DNA of 64,000 bases from the human T2T-CHM13v2.0 reference genome, Homo sapiens (GCF_009914755.1 NC_060931.1), one strand, 5' to 3'; counted from the first letter of the stretch, positions 40,405 to 53,759 are shown. Notes: generated from the sequence alone by a model not told the origin. Made by a program: numbers and translations.

Positions 40405-41990
40405 AATATTTGCTATGTTCTTTTTGTGGACATGTGGAAAAGCTACAATTCCTCAGCCCCTGTGTGAAGTTGATTATGGTCATAAGATATGCTTTGACAA
40501 TAAAGTGTGAGCAACGAGACCCTGTGTCTCTTCTGCTTTAAATCATTTAATTGCTGATGTTGAGCTCTTCACTTCTCTCTTTCTTTGTATGTCATGATTT
40601 ACATACATCATATCAAGGAGAAACGATGCTAAGAATCTTAAGGAAGAAAGCTCCACTTTTTGATGGGGTTGTTTGTTTGTTTGTTTTTTCTTGTAAATTT
40701 GTTTAAATTCCTTGTAGATTCTGGATATTAGCCCTTTGACAGATGGATACATTGCAAAAATTTTCTCCCATTCTGTAGGTTGCCTGTTCACTCTGATAAT
40801 AGTTTCTTTTGCTGTACAGAAGCTCTTCCATTTAATTAGATCCCATTTGTCAATTTTGGCTTTTGTTGCCATTGCTTTTAGTGTTTCAATCCTGAAGTCT
40901 TTGCCCATGCTTATGTCCTGAATGGTATTGCCTAGGTTTTATTCTAGGGTTTTTATGGTTTTAGATCTTACTTTTAAGACTTTAATCCATCTTGAGTTAA
41001 TTTTTGTATAAGGTGTAAGAAAAGGGTCCAGTTTCAGTTTTCTGCATATGGCTAGCCAGTTTTCCCAACACCCTTTATTAAATAGGGAATCATTTCCCAT
41101 TGCTTGTTTTTGTCAGGTATGTCAAAGATCATACCATCTCATGTCAGTTGGAATGGCAATCATTAACAAGTCAGGAAACAACAGATGCTGGAGAGGATGT
41201 GGAGAAATAGGAACGCTTTTACACTCTTGGTGGGAGTGTAAATTAGTTCAACAATTGTGGAAGACAGTGTAGTGATTCCTCAAGGATTTAGAATCAGAAA
41301 TACCATTTGACCCAGCAATCTCATTACTGGGTATATACCCAAAGGATTATATGTCATTCTACTATAAAGACACATGCACACATATGTTTATTGTGGCCCT
41401 ATTCACAATAGCAAAGACTTGGAACCAATCCAAATGTCCACCAATGATAGGCTGGATAAAGAAAATGTGGCACATACACACCATGGAATACTATGCAGCC
41501 ATCAAAAAGATGAGTTCATATCCTTTGTAGGGACATGAATGAAGCTGGAAACCATCATTCTCAGTAAACTAACACAGGAACAGAGAACCAAAGACCACAT
41601 GTTCTCATTCATAAGTGAGGGTTGAACAATGAGAACACGTGGACACAGGGAGGGGAACATCACACACATCGGGGCCTATTGAGGGATGGGAGCTAGGGGA
41701 GGGATAGCATTAGAAGAAATATCTAATGTAGATGATGGGTTGATGGGTGCAGCAAACTACCATGGCAGGTGTATACCTATGTAACAAACCTGCGCGTTCT
41801 GCATATGTATCCCAGAACCTAAAGTATAATAACAAAAAAAATAGAAAGAAAGAAAGCTCCACTAGCATGTCCTCTGGCCACACAAAAGGCTTTGTTTTAG
41901 CCCGAAATAAAACTTTTATTTTTTTAAGCTAATGTGATTTTAGGGGTATCCATTAACTTAACAAAATCTCCTCTATCTTGGCAGATATAA
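40405..41990 (+). mobile_element. old MLT1 (I/J-like) LTR split by an L1PA
   Basis: 'gctttgacaataaagtgtgagc' on the left; 'gaaataaaacttttatttttttaagctaatgtgattttagggg' on the right. Confidence 0.55.
40658..41849 (+). mobile_element. L1PA6-8-like insertion with twin-priming inversion (antisense 40658-41130, sense 41131-41849)
   Basis: perfect 14-bp TSD aagaaagctccact (40644-57 / 41850-63); L1PA 3'UTR and A-tail. Confidence 0.95.
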
Positions 41991-42129
41991 TTTAACAACA
42001 TAAGCCATTATTAAAGAGAGAATCAAAATAAGCCATTATTAAAGAAAGAATCAAGGTTACTTCAAAACCTTTCTAAATCTGGCCTACATTCTTCTAAGCA
42101 AGATGAAACAATGATGATGATAAAATAAA

Positions 42130-43070
42130 CACACAGGTGATGCTGTATTGAAATTACAGCTAGATTACAGTCAGAGATATCAAGATATATATACACAGGA
42201 TGATTGTTATAGAAATATAGTTATGTGGATATTCATGGTTATTATATATATATATATATTTCTTATCTCTGTCTGCTGAGGACCCTAGAAGCACTAATAT
42301 TCCAGAAGCAATTAAAATACCTAATTACCCAGATATTTTTAGGTGCCATTTACCTATACTAAAAAGCAGGGTTTCCTGAATGACTTTAGTCTGGGTTTGA
42401 TGCATAGAACATACAAGAAGAGCCTGAAGCATCTTACGGGGCTGATAAAGAAGTGGAACAAAAGAAAAGAAAGAGAGGGAAAGAAAAAAGAAAGTAAGAA
42501 AGGAAGAAAGAAAGAAAAGAAAGAAAGAAAGAAAAAGAAAGAGAAAGAGAGAGAAAGAAGAAAAAGAAAGAAAGAAAGAAAAAAGGAAGAAGAAAGAAGA
42601 AAAAGAAATGAGAGAAAATATAACAGAAAGGGAAGAGAGAAGAAAGGAGCAAGGAAGAGAGAGACAATGAGAACATGTCAAAAAACAAAACAAACAAACG
42701 AAAACCTCACAGAAACATCCTGAAGGAGTTCCCAGTGGCCAAAGTTGAAACTATCTTAATAAGAGGAAGAAAAATTATGAATGTATTGGATTATAACTGT
42801 AAGAATAAAATAAATATCCATAAATTTCTACTAACAAAAATAAATGATTGAATACATAAATAAAGGAAAGTGGGCAAATGGTCCTTACAGGGGAATCCCA
42901 AATAATAAATGTAGAAGTGAGGGAAATACAAAATTGCCATTAGCAAACCATGGTAACATTTTCTGCAGGCAAGATCCACTAAACAACAATAACATTATTG
43001 GGTGACATTTTAAGGAGAAGAAGAATATTTGCATAGCCTCAAAGTATCTCCCCAGAAACAAGTATTAATC
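42130..43070 (+). mobile_element. L1MC3/4-type 3'UTR
   Basis: 'ctctgtctgctgaggaccctagaagcac', 'gagttcccagtggccaaagttgaaac', 'tttgcatagcctcaaagtatctcccca'. Confidence 0.7.
42455..42700. repeat. GA/GAAA-rich low-complexity expansion
   Basis: direct; explains the K/E/R- and F/S/L-rich ORFs here. Confidence 0.9.
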
Positions 43071-43139
43071 ACTGTGGTGGTTTTATCATATTGCTACAAA
43101 TATGTGTGCAAGTCCCATCTACAGCTGGCTTATAGCATC

Positions 43140-43615
43140 CTTGCTGTGGCAAGAGGAGATTCATGAGAAATGTTCAGAGGAGGAAGTTTAGATTGTAAGA
43201 AATGTTCAGAGCTGAGAGTTCTAGAAGATCCTTGTCCTCACTTTAGAAGATCTGATGAGGCCTGATTCGGGCTAGTTGGTAGAAAAGCAAAGCAGATTCA
43301 TTAAAAAGGTGGAGACTTCCATGGTGACTTTGGCATTACGGTGAGCGTATGGCAGTTTGAGGAGAGAAACAGTTCCTGAAGCAATGGCATGAGCAAAAGA
43401 CAGGAAAGGGATCATGCTCAAGCCATGAAGCAGGCCAGTTTGATTGGAGCAAGAATATACAAAAAGTAGTAAATAGTAGAGAGTAAGTTTGGAAAGGTAG
43501 ATGGAGAGTCTAAAGGGCTGGTAGAAGCTTCTCCTTATTAGGTGAGCCATAGGGAGCCATGAGAGCTTCTAGAGCAGAGAAGTGCTAATTTCTGAGCTCA
43601 GAAAAATTCCTCCAA
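43140..43615 (-). repeat. L2-derived segment, copy 1 of a local duplication
   Basis: collinear with 50520-50975; identical 28-mer aggccagtttgattggagcaagaatata at 43432 and 50793. Confidence 0.8.
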
Positions 43616-45249
43616 TGTTAGCCATTGTAGGGACTAGAATTTTTTCTCTGAATGAGATGGATGTGTGACAGGATCAGAAGCAGTTCTGCTTAGTGTTTGA
43701 TTGGACCACTTTGGCTGTTGTGTTAAGAATGCATCACAGAGCACAGCCAGGGAAAAGCAGGGCCACCAAGTAAAGGACAATTATGGAAATGCAGGTGAGA
43801 GATGATAGTACAGTGTGGTCGAGTGTCTTCAGGGCGAGGTGGTGACTAAGTGTTTCTGAGTCATGCCATCTGGATCATCTATGTGACCTGAAGATGGGAT
43901 TATCCTTTGATGACTCCAGGAAAAAGTCCAAATAGCTTAGCTCTTCAAGACCTGGTCTTAATTTCCTTCCAGTCAAATCTGTCATCTCTTCCCGAAAACA
44001 TCCTGAGTTTGAGCCATGCCAAAAGCCCAAGGTGGTCTTTGTACACTGCCCATGGATTTCTTTCTGGATGAAAACACCCTCTTTCCTTTGCTAAGGAACT
44101 CTCACTCATCTTTCCATTGTCCTGTCTTTTCCAAATCCTTCCCTGACATAGCCTTGGCAGAGTCAGGTGCTAGCTGTGTCTTCCGTGTTCCTGAAGCACT
44201 ATTGTTATAGTCCATATTCTGAGAACAGCACATGCCATGGTGTAGCCTGAGCATTTTCATCTGTATCCTTATAGCAATGGCTCCACTAGACACAAAGGGG
44301 TAGAGCAGGAATTTCTTTCACACTCCTGTTTTCTGATTCTGTCTGATATTTGCATGATACTTATCCTTGTTCAAAACAGTTCATCTCCTTGATCCTGATT
44401 AGGGATTCTTTCTAAGCCATGTCCTTGATTATGAAAGAGTATGGATAGAATTCTCCATTCTGTCTTGTGGAAATATACATGGCTCAGAGAGCTAATTTTC
44501 TGTAAATTACTTTATTTGACTTACCATTTTTGTAGGTATTTTAGTAACACGAATCTGTTGAGGTCCTGGAGAGGATAAGCATTTGATTAAGGTGGCACAG
44601 CAGGAGGTAGAGGCTGAATGAAACCTGTGCAGTCTCACTTCTGACCCATTGGGAGAAAGTAGCCAACTCTGACCCTTCACTGTGGAACAGAATAGATTTA
44701 CACAGAGAACACATTCTTCAAAGCATCACTTCATCTTTAGAAACTCAAAGTTGGAGGGCACCTGCAGAATCACTGCCTTATCCCTTGACACTGTGAAGAA
44801 ACACCATTTACAACTGCCTTCAAGTGTGCAAATGGTGATGGAGTCAGGGAGTCCCTCCCAGAGCGTGAATCAGTAGGGATTGTTTATCAAAGGGTCTCCA
44901 CTGAATGGAGCCAAAATCTGTTTCTCGCTACATTATTTCCCTTGATTTGCCAGCAGAAAAAGCCTAATCCCTCCTTCAAATGATAAGCCTTTTAAAATTA
45001 TAGGCAGTTAAGCTTTAAAATTTAAAGGCAACTAGACCTTCACATCTCTATTGTTTCAACCACACAGATGGCATGTTTTTAAGCCCTTTACCTTTAAATT
45101 GGGACAAGTTTATTCCTCTGTGCTGGTTTTAATTAATGGCATCCCACTGAAATCCCTCAATTTTCCATGAAGAACTAACTTGGCCCCATTGTCTTCACTA
45201 AGGACCCATTTCTTAGCCCCCTTTCACAGCGGAATTACCTCTGATGCAT

Positions 45250-45860
45250 CTCTGCCTACTACTCCTGTCTCCTCCCCAATTTACTGTTGAGCCCACTCCT
45301 CCCATGCTCTTGTCCCCACAACTCGGCAGAAACTGTTCTTCTTAGGCTAAGGGAAGATTTCCATGTCACTCGGTTCAACCTTCTATTCTCAGTATTTCTC
45401 TTCTGGCTGCTCTTACCTCCCTTCCTTACGCCTTCCCTACAGTGACTCCTCCTGTCCATGGGCTCCAACAACACTGGCCTCCCTGCTGCTCCTGGACAGT
45501 CTGGACCCTCTGGGTAAGACCTTTGCTCTGCTGTCCCATGATGTGTATCCTTTTTACCAGATCCATCCTTTGCTTCACAGCGAGGCCTCCCCTGGCCACC
45601 CTTCCTGGCCCTGGAATAACTCAGAACAGATTACCCTTCTCTATTTTATCTGCACAGCACATACCTCTGACCTAGATAGTAAATAATATGGTGAGTTGTA
45701 TTTGTTGGCCACTGTTTGCCTCCCTGATCTGTACAATCTCAGCAAGTGCATGCAGGGATGGTTGTCCCTTGGGTCTCCTGAGTGCCTAATGCAGTTTCTG
45801 ACATGAGGCAGGCTTTCATCACTTTCTAGATGAATGAGTAGCATTATGAATGGAGGTGTG
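45250..45860 (+). mobile_element. L2 3' region
   Basis: 'cccacaactcggcagaaactgttctt', 3' end 'gcagtttctgacatgaggcaggct...gatgaatgag'. Confidence 0.6.
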
Positions 45861-48379
45861 TATGATGGGGAGACCAGAGAGCTCAGTGGGCTGGAGAGGT
45901 GGACAGAAAGTGAGTGACATGGAACATGGAAGAGCTCCCAAAACTCTAACCAGTTCAAGGGAAAAGCTCAAGTTAGGAGAGTCAGCATGTTAGTTATTTG
46001 TTATGTCCCTATAAATGATCATAAACATGGTATGAGGTTGGGTGAGGAAAAAAAAAAGGAGAATTTAAAAAAACCACAAAGAATACGTGGGCATCACCAA
46101 CAAATTTTTTTGTAGGCACATTTGAAGTTTTTAAAAATATACTAAAAAAACTCAATGCATAACTTGAGTACCTCACTGTTGGGTGGGCTAACCTTGCTTA
46201 TTTAGTTTCAAAGAACAGGAATCACCTCATAATATTCTTAGCTTACCCCTTTAGAAATAGTGTTCCACAGATAAGTGATCTGGTATTTACAAAAATGAGA
46301 GTGTGGGAGAGCAAGCGTGTACTTTCAGTCCTTTATGCAGATCAAAAATAGCCCACACTGGGCTGACTTTTTGCTTTCAGAGGAGTCCACTAGGTTGGGA
46401 AAGAATGAACCTCCCCTTGGGCTTTCAATCTGATGATCTCCAGTAGGTCTGTCATCTCTCTTCCCGTCACTTTTCAATAAAGGGGCCAAGTGGGCACTGG
46501 ATTAAAGTGCTTGCCCTTCTCCATGGCTCTGACTTTTCAAATCTTTTTGGCAGAAAATACTTTTTCTGATGCTAAGAAATTGCAAAAAAATTCTCACGTG
46601 TCATTCAATGGACTTGATTAAAGGCAAATTCCAGGCCGTAGCAACATCATTTTACCACTGGGTACCTAGTTCTTCACCTTGGCAAATATTCTATTCACAT
46701 TTAAGGTTTGGGCATCATGGATGCTTCCTGGAAAAACAAGGAAATAAAATGTTGCAATTAACAGCTTTTGGACTGAGAGTCAACATGTTGTTTCAGAGCA
46801 GCAGGTATTCAGTCTTTTAAATGAAAATAGCAAAATCTAAATCCACTTTAATCAAATTCTAAGCAGAGAAAGAACAATGTATTAATCCATCATATATTAA
46901 ATAGTTCTTTGGAACTGATGCCATTGATTTGAAGTCATTCTTTTAAATAGCAAACAAGAAAGGACCCATGGTAACCACGTGAGATAATTACTTGGGCTTT
47001 TACGGTTTCTTTTTAGGACACTTCAAGCGTTACTTTGTGCCTTGTCTATGTCTTAGGAAGAGGAAAAATTCTGTGGCATACAATGTTGTAAGGAAAAGTG
47101 TATTTTCTAAGCTCTTCCCACACTGTGGAAGTTCCCTCTAAGGTCTCACTGTTATACTTTAAAGCCCCCATGTTTCTGGTCCCCCTAAGATTCAGGATCC
47201 CCCAAGGCCAGAGGTCCTCTGCTGGTCACACATATGCATCTGTACCTGTCCTAATCCATCAAATACAGAATTGTTGTCTTTCAGGTTAAGAAGGTCTCTG
47301 TTTTACAATGTGCTCTAAAGTGTCACAGTGGCAAGTTTAAATGCAATCTTAGTTTAATGGGTAACTAAAATACAAGATCTTACAGCACTGCCCCTTTCTC
47401 TTCTGACCCAGAACAGTGGAGATTCCCTAAGGTGAAGAGGCTATCATTTCAAAGGTGATAAATCTGAGTCTTAGGACAGATGAACACGCAGTGTACTAGT
47501 ATCTCTGGGATTTGGATCTTCATGGAATTTAGTCTAACAAAATCCAAGCTTATCTCCTCTGAACACTGGCAAATCAGCTCATTATAGTTTTTTTTTTCAA
47601 ATACATATTCTTGTGAATTTGAATTAAGTGTATGACAATAACAAACTTACAACTGTAGTATGCCCCTTCTCATCATGAACATCTGATCTCCTAATTCCTA
47701 AATCCCATCTCAGGCATCTCTGGAGGCCCGATCTGTTCAATGCATCTTTTCCTTCATGCAATGACACTCAGGCTCTTTGGCTATGTGAGCTGTGAACCAT
47801 ATGACCCAAGTGATTAGGGTCTTTTCCCCAAAATGTGTCTTCCCTAGATGCCTAACTAAGTTGTTGAAAAGTCACAATAAGACTTAATTGGTCAATAGGG
47901 GAAGAGGCAAATTTCACTGGGAGATAAAGTAGGCAGGGTTGTATCAATGCCATTTTGGGAAGACAAAGAACAACACCTTTTGCCTTCCATTCTATTAAGC
48001 TGACCTGCGCTTAGACTGGAACCTGCTCTGGAGTCAGCCTGTCCAGTTTCACTTCCTCATATCACTGAGCTCAGGCGACCAACACCAAGGTAGCTTCTGG
48101 GAGTAGGGTTGGGGAGAAGGTGTGGAAGAACATGCACACATCTGAGTTAGGATCCGTTTGTGCCATAATCTCAGTGTCTGAAGTAGCTGGTAGAACTCAA
48201 CACTTCCTCGTCATAGGAACACCTGCTCATTGGAACACCCCAGGGTTTGACTTGTGCTTTTCGTGTCTCTATCTCTAATGCTCATTTGACAATCTTTCCT
48301 GGCCTCTTGACTAGAAATACTATTCTTATGGAAAAGATTCCCAGACTTTAATCTCCGGTTCAGCCCTCTCTTGAAATCC

Positions 48380-49190
48380 ACTAATATGTCCAATCACTCA
48401 TTTAACATCTCTGATTGGATGCATGATCTGTGCTTCCCATTCAACATGTTCCCTTCAGAACCCACCCACACTTGCAGCAATCACAGTCCACTCTTATTTA
48501 GGTTCTGGAAGCTCATTGTTTCCAGGAGCATGGGTGAGTCCTGGGAGTCAGTCACATTTTTATCTTGTTTTACATATCCCACATTCAGTCTTTCAGAAAA
48601 TCATTTTGGCTCTACCTTCAGGATATATTCAGAAGCCAACCTCTTGTCGTCAGCCCTACCACCTACATACTGATCAGAGTTATCATAGTCTCAGACTTGG
48701 ATTATCTCCTGGCTAGTCTTCCTACCTATTTTTTTTTTTTTTTTTTTTTTTTTTGAGACGGAGTCTCGCTCTGTCGCCCAGGCTGGAGTGCAGTGGCACC
48801 ATCTCGGCTCACTGCAAGCTCTGCCTCCCTGGGTTCATACCATTCTCCTGCCTCAGCCTCCCTAGTAGCTGGGACTACAGGCACCCACCATCGTGGCCGG
48901 CTAATTTTTTTGTATTTTTAGTAGAGACGGGGTTTCACCATGTTAGCCAGGATGGTCCCGATCTCCTGACCTCATGATCCGCCCGCCTCGGCCTCCCAAA
49001 GTGCTGGGATTACAGGCGTGAGTAGTCTTCCTACCTTTTTCTTCAACTCACCACAGTCCAGACTCAACGAAGCATCTGGAGTGGGCATATGACACTTAAA
49101 TCACGTTGTGTTACTCTCAGACTCAGAACCCTACAGCAGTTTCTTATTTCCCCCAGAATATAAACCAAAGTCTTTAAGATTGCCTTCCAG
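48380..49190 (+). mobile_element. L2 fragment interrupted by AluY
   Basis: 'ttttggctctaccttcaggatatattcagaa', 'cagaatataaaccaaagtcttt'. Confidence 0.65.
48729..49022 (-). mobile_element. AluY, ~15 nt 5'-truncated
   Basis: long poly(T), Y diagnostics, perfect TSD tagtcttcctacct (48714-27 / 49023-36). Confidence 0.96.
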
Positions 49191-49194
49191 GCCA

Positions 49195-49335
49195 GACATT
49201 AACTTCACCTTCTGTGCCTTGCTTCTCTCATCTGTGAGTTGGGTATAACGATAGTACCTGTCTCTTGAGATATTCATGAAAGTTAAGTGAGTTAAGACAC
49301 GCAGTGAGCACAGAATGTGCCCATTATGAGTTAGT
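49195..49335 (+). mobile_element. MIR
   Basis: 'tctgtgccttgcttctctcatctgtgagttgggtataacgatagtacct'. Confidence 0.7.
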
Positions 49336-50519
49336 CATAATTCTGACTAAGGGCTGGTTTTGGTTAAGAGGTGTCAACTCCCTCAAATTCAGGATGAGAT
49401 GCAATATTTATGCCTTTTGACACAGTAAATAAGACTCCACCAAGAAAGGCTTGACTTTTGGAGGTGGACTGGGCAACAGTCCTGCAAGTATAAAGGGAGA
49501 AATAAAACACTCTATTTTGCCTCTTTTCCTGGCTCTGAGAAGTTCAAGGTAATATTGATAATCTTCATCCAAGTAAAATTTTAGCTAAAAAAATCCACTT
49601 AGAAAATGTGTTTTTAATATTATGTCAATTTGATTTAGTGTGACACTGAATCATGTGACCTTCCAAAATCCAAAACCAAAAGGAAAGCATTAGAACAAAT
49701 CATCTTTTCTAACTTACTGAAGATCATAATCTTTTAAAGACTTTAAGGAAAACAAATATTAAGAGAAGGACAAGTAGCTTATTTCATTTTTAAATAATTA
49801 TGTTATTAGTAAATGATCATAAAATTAGCTTTAAACTATTCATTAGTCAAGCAAGTGAACCAATGATGACTATTATTCTATATGTGATCATTATAAGACT
49901 TGATCATAAGTATGGCACTGTAGAATTTCCCTGGTTTATAAACACATTGATGTAAGCAGATGTTTATCTTCTCTCTCTTAACAAGAGGAAATGAAAGTAA
50001 CATATTTAGCGCACTCTGGAAGCCAGGCACGCTGCTAGGTAGAGTTCACACTTTGACCTTCCAAAATCAGACAGTGTGAAAGGATACACATCCTAGAATG
50101 CTTTTTTGAGGTCCACAATTTTCACATTATCTCTTCCAACAAGATGGCATTTTCAACTATGGAGAAGCTGGTTTCTGATAGTCAGTTTAATGGGAGATTG
50201 TCTGTCTACCTAACATGGTCAACAGAAGAATTGAGGCACTTCATTTTTAATTCCCATTCTTTTTTTCTTGCTTACATTTCTCATGTTATTTTTCACCTTT
50301 TTTATTATAACTTTATTTAGATAAAGTCATTTAAGTCTTATTGTGAACAAATACTATCCTGGAGATTACTGAATTTTAAAACTCAGTTCAATAGTTATAC
50401 TGAGCATCTGTGTTTGTCATTTAAAAAGGAAGAAATCATGACTAAGTTTTAGTCACTGCATTCAAGAAGCATCCAAGATACTTGGTGGAAAAAATCAGAG
50501 AAATCCACAAATCTCTTTG

Positions 50520-50975
50520 ATCTTATGATGGCAAGATGAAGTCTGTAAGAAATGTATAAAGCAAGCACACTGGGAGTTTAGAAGACCTGGAGAGACCTAG
50601 TTTGAGCCAGCTGGTGAAAAAGCACAAACAGATTAAATGAAGAGGTGGGGCTACATGGTGACTTTGGAGTGAAGATGGACGTGTGACAGTTAGACATGTT
50701 AGACCATTAGACGAGGGAAATACTTGAAGCAAGAGCATGAGCTTTCTATAAAGGAAAGGAAAGGAAAGGAGCTTGCTCAGGCAGTGAAGAATAGGCCAGT
50801 TTGATTGGAGCAAGAATATAGGAAGGGAAATAAATAGTGGAAAATAAGTTTGGGAAGGTAGATGGATAACCTAAAGAGCCGCTAGGGACTTCTTTATTAG
50901 GTGAGCAATAGAGAGCCATGAGAGGTTCCAGAGCAGCAACATGGTGAAGTCAGAGCTCAGAAAGACTTCCCAGGT
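50520..50975 (-). repeat. L2-derived segment, copy 2 of a local duplication
   Basis: see 43140-43615. Confidence 0.8.
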
Positions 50976-51359
50976 AAATTAATGTGAAATGACAATGAAA
51001 GAATATAGGAAACTCTTACATTATCAGGGAGCATTGACAGGGGATATGTGTAGGATTTTCATTACATATGTGACAAATGGCTACAACTTGGCCACTGCAG
51101 TATCAGACATTTCTGACCCTGTTAAAGTGAATTTAGCCACAGCAGGGCAGGGAGTAAGGAGGTATTGTAACAATTGGTAGCGATTGCAATGCTCTGAAAT
51201 TCCCCAAGTGCACACTATGTTCACCCATAAGAAACTATCATGACTTAAGGAAATTTTAGTGTTGCTATATAAATCTGAACACATGTACTCACTACTGCCC
51301 TAATTTAAATGATTAAGAAAAAGTTATATAAAATAATCTTTTTGGAATATTACTATTTA

Positions 51360-51470
51360 CTGTGGTGAGATGCATCTTTAGTTCCATCTACTTGGAAAAC
51401 TGAGATGGGAGGATTTTTGAGCCAACTAGTTTGAGGCCAGCCTGGGCAACATACCAAGACTATACTATAA
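51360..51470 (+). mobile_element. degenerate FLAM/FAM Alu monomer
   Basis: 'tgagatgggaggatttttgagcc...gtttgaggccagcctgggcaacata'. Confidence 0.7.
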
Positions 51471-52075
51471 CAAGATTATAATTTCTAAAAATTTAAATTT
51501 TAAATTTTAAAAATGTTTAAGAAAGGATATCATTATATATAAAATTTACAGAAGTTAAATCTTAAGCTTTATTATGGAAAAATACTCACATGAATTATGA
51601 CATCTGTTTCATGGGATATGATGCTGATAAAATTATTGCTATGTCCAAACCGATTGAAGAAAAAAAACAAGTCACAGAGTATATGAGGAAGTTGCCTTAT
51701 AATAAACAACAAAGCAAGGATGGATTACAGAATAATCATTAGAACAATTGGCTAGATGTTTAGGGCAAAAAGCTGGATCTTTATTCCTCTCATTATATCT
51801 TTACGTTTATATGATTCAAAAATGTAAATGGGCAAGAAAAAGGCATAAAAATACCGCAAGAAAGCATGAGATAAGGCATCTTACAAAAGAAGAGTTAAAG
51901 TTGGCAATAAGTATAAAATGCAACCAGATAAAACAAAAACATGAAGACATATCAAATTGGCAAGATTAAAACTTCAAAAGACAATCTTAGTTTTGAAGTT
52001 TTGCAGAAATACACAAACAATAGTAATAGTGGGGGTGTAAAATTGGTAGAAATTTATAGTGAGCATGTTGGCACT

Positions 52076-52518
52076 TGTAATGGTTAGTCTCATGTGTCAA
52101 CTTGGCTAGACTACAGTAGACAACTGTTTAATCCTACACCAATCTAGGGGTTGCTGTGAAGGCATTTTATAGATGTGGTTAGCATCCACAATCAGTTGAC
52201 GTTAAGTGAAGGAGATTACCCTCTATAATGTGAATGGACCTCATCCAATCATTTGAAGATCTTAGGAACAAAAACTGAGGTTTCCTGGGGAAGAAGAAAT
52301 TCTGCTTCAAGACTCCAGTATCAATTTCTGCCTGAGTTCCAAGTTTGTTGGCCTGCCTTACAAATTTCAGACTTGTGAGGTTTTGGATTGCCACAATCCT
52401 ATGAGCCAACTCCTTAAATCTCCCTCTCTCCAAAAAAAAAAAAAAAAAAAAAACCTCTTTCTCACTGAAAAAATATATATATCCTGTTCCTGTTTCTCTG
52501 GAAAATCCTGACTGATAC
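52076..52518 (+). mobile_element. MLT2D (ERVL) solo LTR
   Basis: 'tgtaatggttagtctcatgtgtcaacttggctag...ctgtttctctggaaaatcctgactgatac'. Confidence 0.88.
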
Positions 52519-52627
52519 TACTCTACATATAAGAATTTAACATGTACAGCTCTATTTTATAAATTTACCTCAATAAGCTAATTTTACAAGTTGGAAAAGA
52601 CATATATACAAGTATATTAATTTCTGT

Positions 52628-53571
52628 GTTTTTTTTAAATTATACTTTAAGTTTTAGGGTACATGTGCACAATGTGCAGGTTAGTTACATATGTATACAT
52701 GTGCCATGTTGGTGTGCTGCACCCATTAACTCGTCATTTAAAGTTAGGTATATCTCCTAATGCTATCTGTCCCCCCTCCCCACACCCCACAACAGGCCCC
52801 GGTGTGTGATGTTCTCCTTCCTGTGTCCATGTGTTCTCATTGTTTAATTCCCACCTATGAGTGAGAACATGTGGTGTTTGGTTTTTTATCCTTGTGATAG
52901 TTTGCTGAGAATGATGGTTTCCAGCTTCATCCATGTCCCTACAAAGGACATGAACTCATCATTTTTTATGGCTGCATAGTATTCCATGGTGTATATGTGC
53001 CACATTTTCTTAATCCAGTCTATCATTGTTGGACATTTGGCTTGGTTCCAAGTCTTTGCTATTGTGAATAGTGCCGCAATAAACATATGTGTGCATGTGT
53101 CTTTATAGCAGCATGTTTTATAATCCTTTGGGTATATACCCAGTAATGGGATGGCTGGGTCAAATGGTATTTCCAGTTCTAGATCCCTGAGGAATCACCA
53201 CAGTGACTTCCACAATGGTTGAACTAGTTTACAGTCCCACCAGCAGTGTCAAAGTGTTCCTATTTCTCCACATCCTCTCCAGCACCTGTTGTTTCCTGAC
53301 TTTTTAATGATCGCCATTCTAACTGGTGTGAGACGGTATCTCATTGTGGTTTCGATTTGCATTTCTCTGATGGCCAGTGGTGATGAGCATTTTTTTCATG
53401 TGTCTTTTGGCTGCATAAATGTCTTCTTTTGAGAAGTGTCTGTTCATATCCTTTGCCCACTTTTTGATGGGGTTGTTTGTTTTTTCTTGTAAATTTGTTA
53501 CAGAATGGGAGAAAATTTTTGCAATCTACTCATCTGACAAAGGTCTAATATCCAGAATCTATAATGAACTC
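52628..53571 (-). mobile_element. L1PA3-5-like 3' fragment with a short (72 bp) twin-priming inversion at 53500-53571
   Basis: young L1PA 3'UTR antisense; inverted piece ends 'aatgaactc', adjoining the breakpoint 'aacaaattt' in L1 coordinates. Confidence 0.93.
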
Positions 53572-53759
53572 TATGTTCTTTATATAATTGAAATACTTGA
53601 CAACAAACGTCCATTTCCTAAGGGCTGGTTAATAGTCATGTAATAGAAAACCATGGAGTCATTACCATAAAATCTGAAATTTGTTTTAATTAATGTTCTT
53701 CAGAGTTGGCATTTTTTTTCTCTTCTATTCTTCTAGGGTTATTCTTTGTACAGAGGATG

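Noticed and set aside
42000-42054. 28-bp tandem duplication ataagccattattaaaga(g/a)agaatcaa
   Set aside because: Ordinary two-copy slippage; no array or spacer structure.
42325-42723. K/E/R-rich and F/S/L-rich ORFs of ~120 aa
   Set aside because: Translations of a GA-rich low-complexity tract.
52432-52453. A22 run inside MLT2D as a possible tail-only retroposition
   Set aside because: It falls in the naturally variable simple-repeat zone of MLT2 LTRs and has no convincing TSD.
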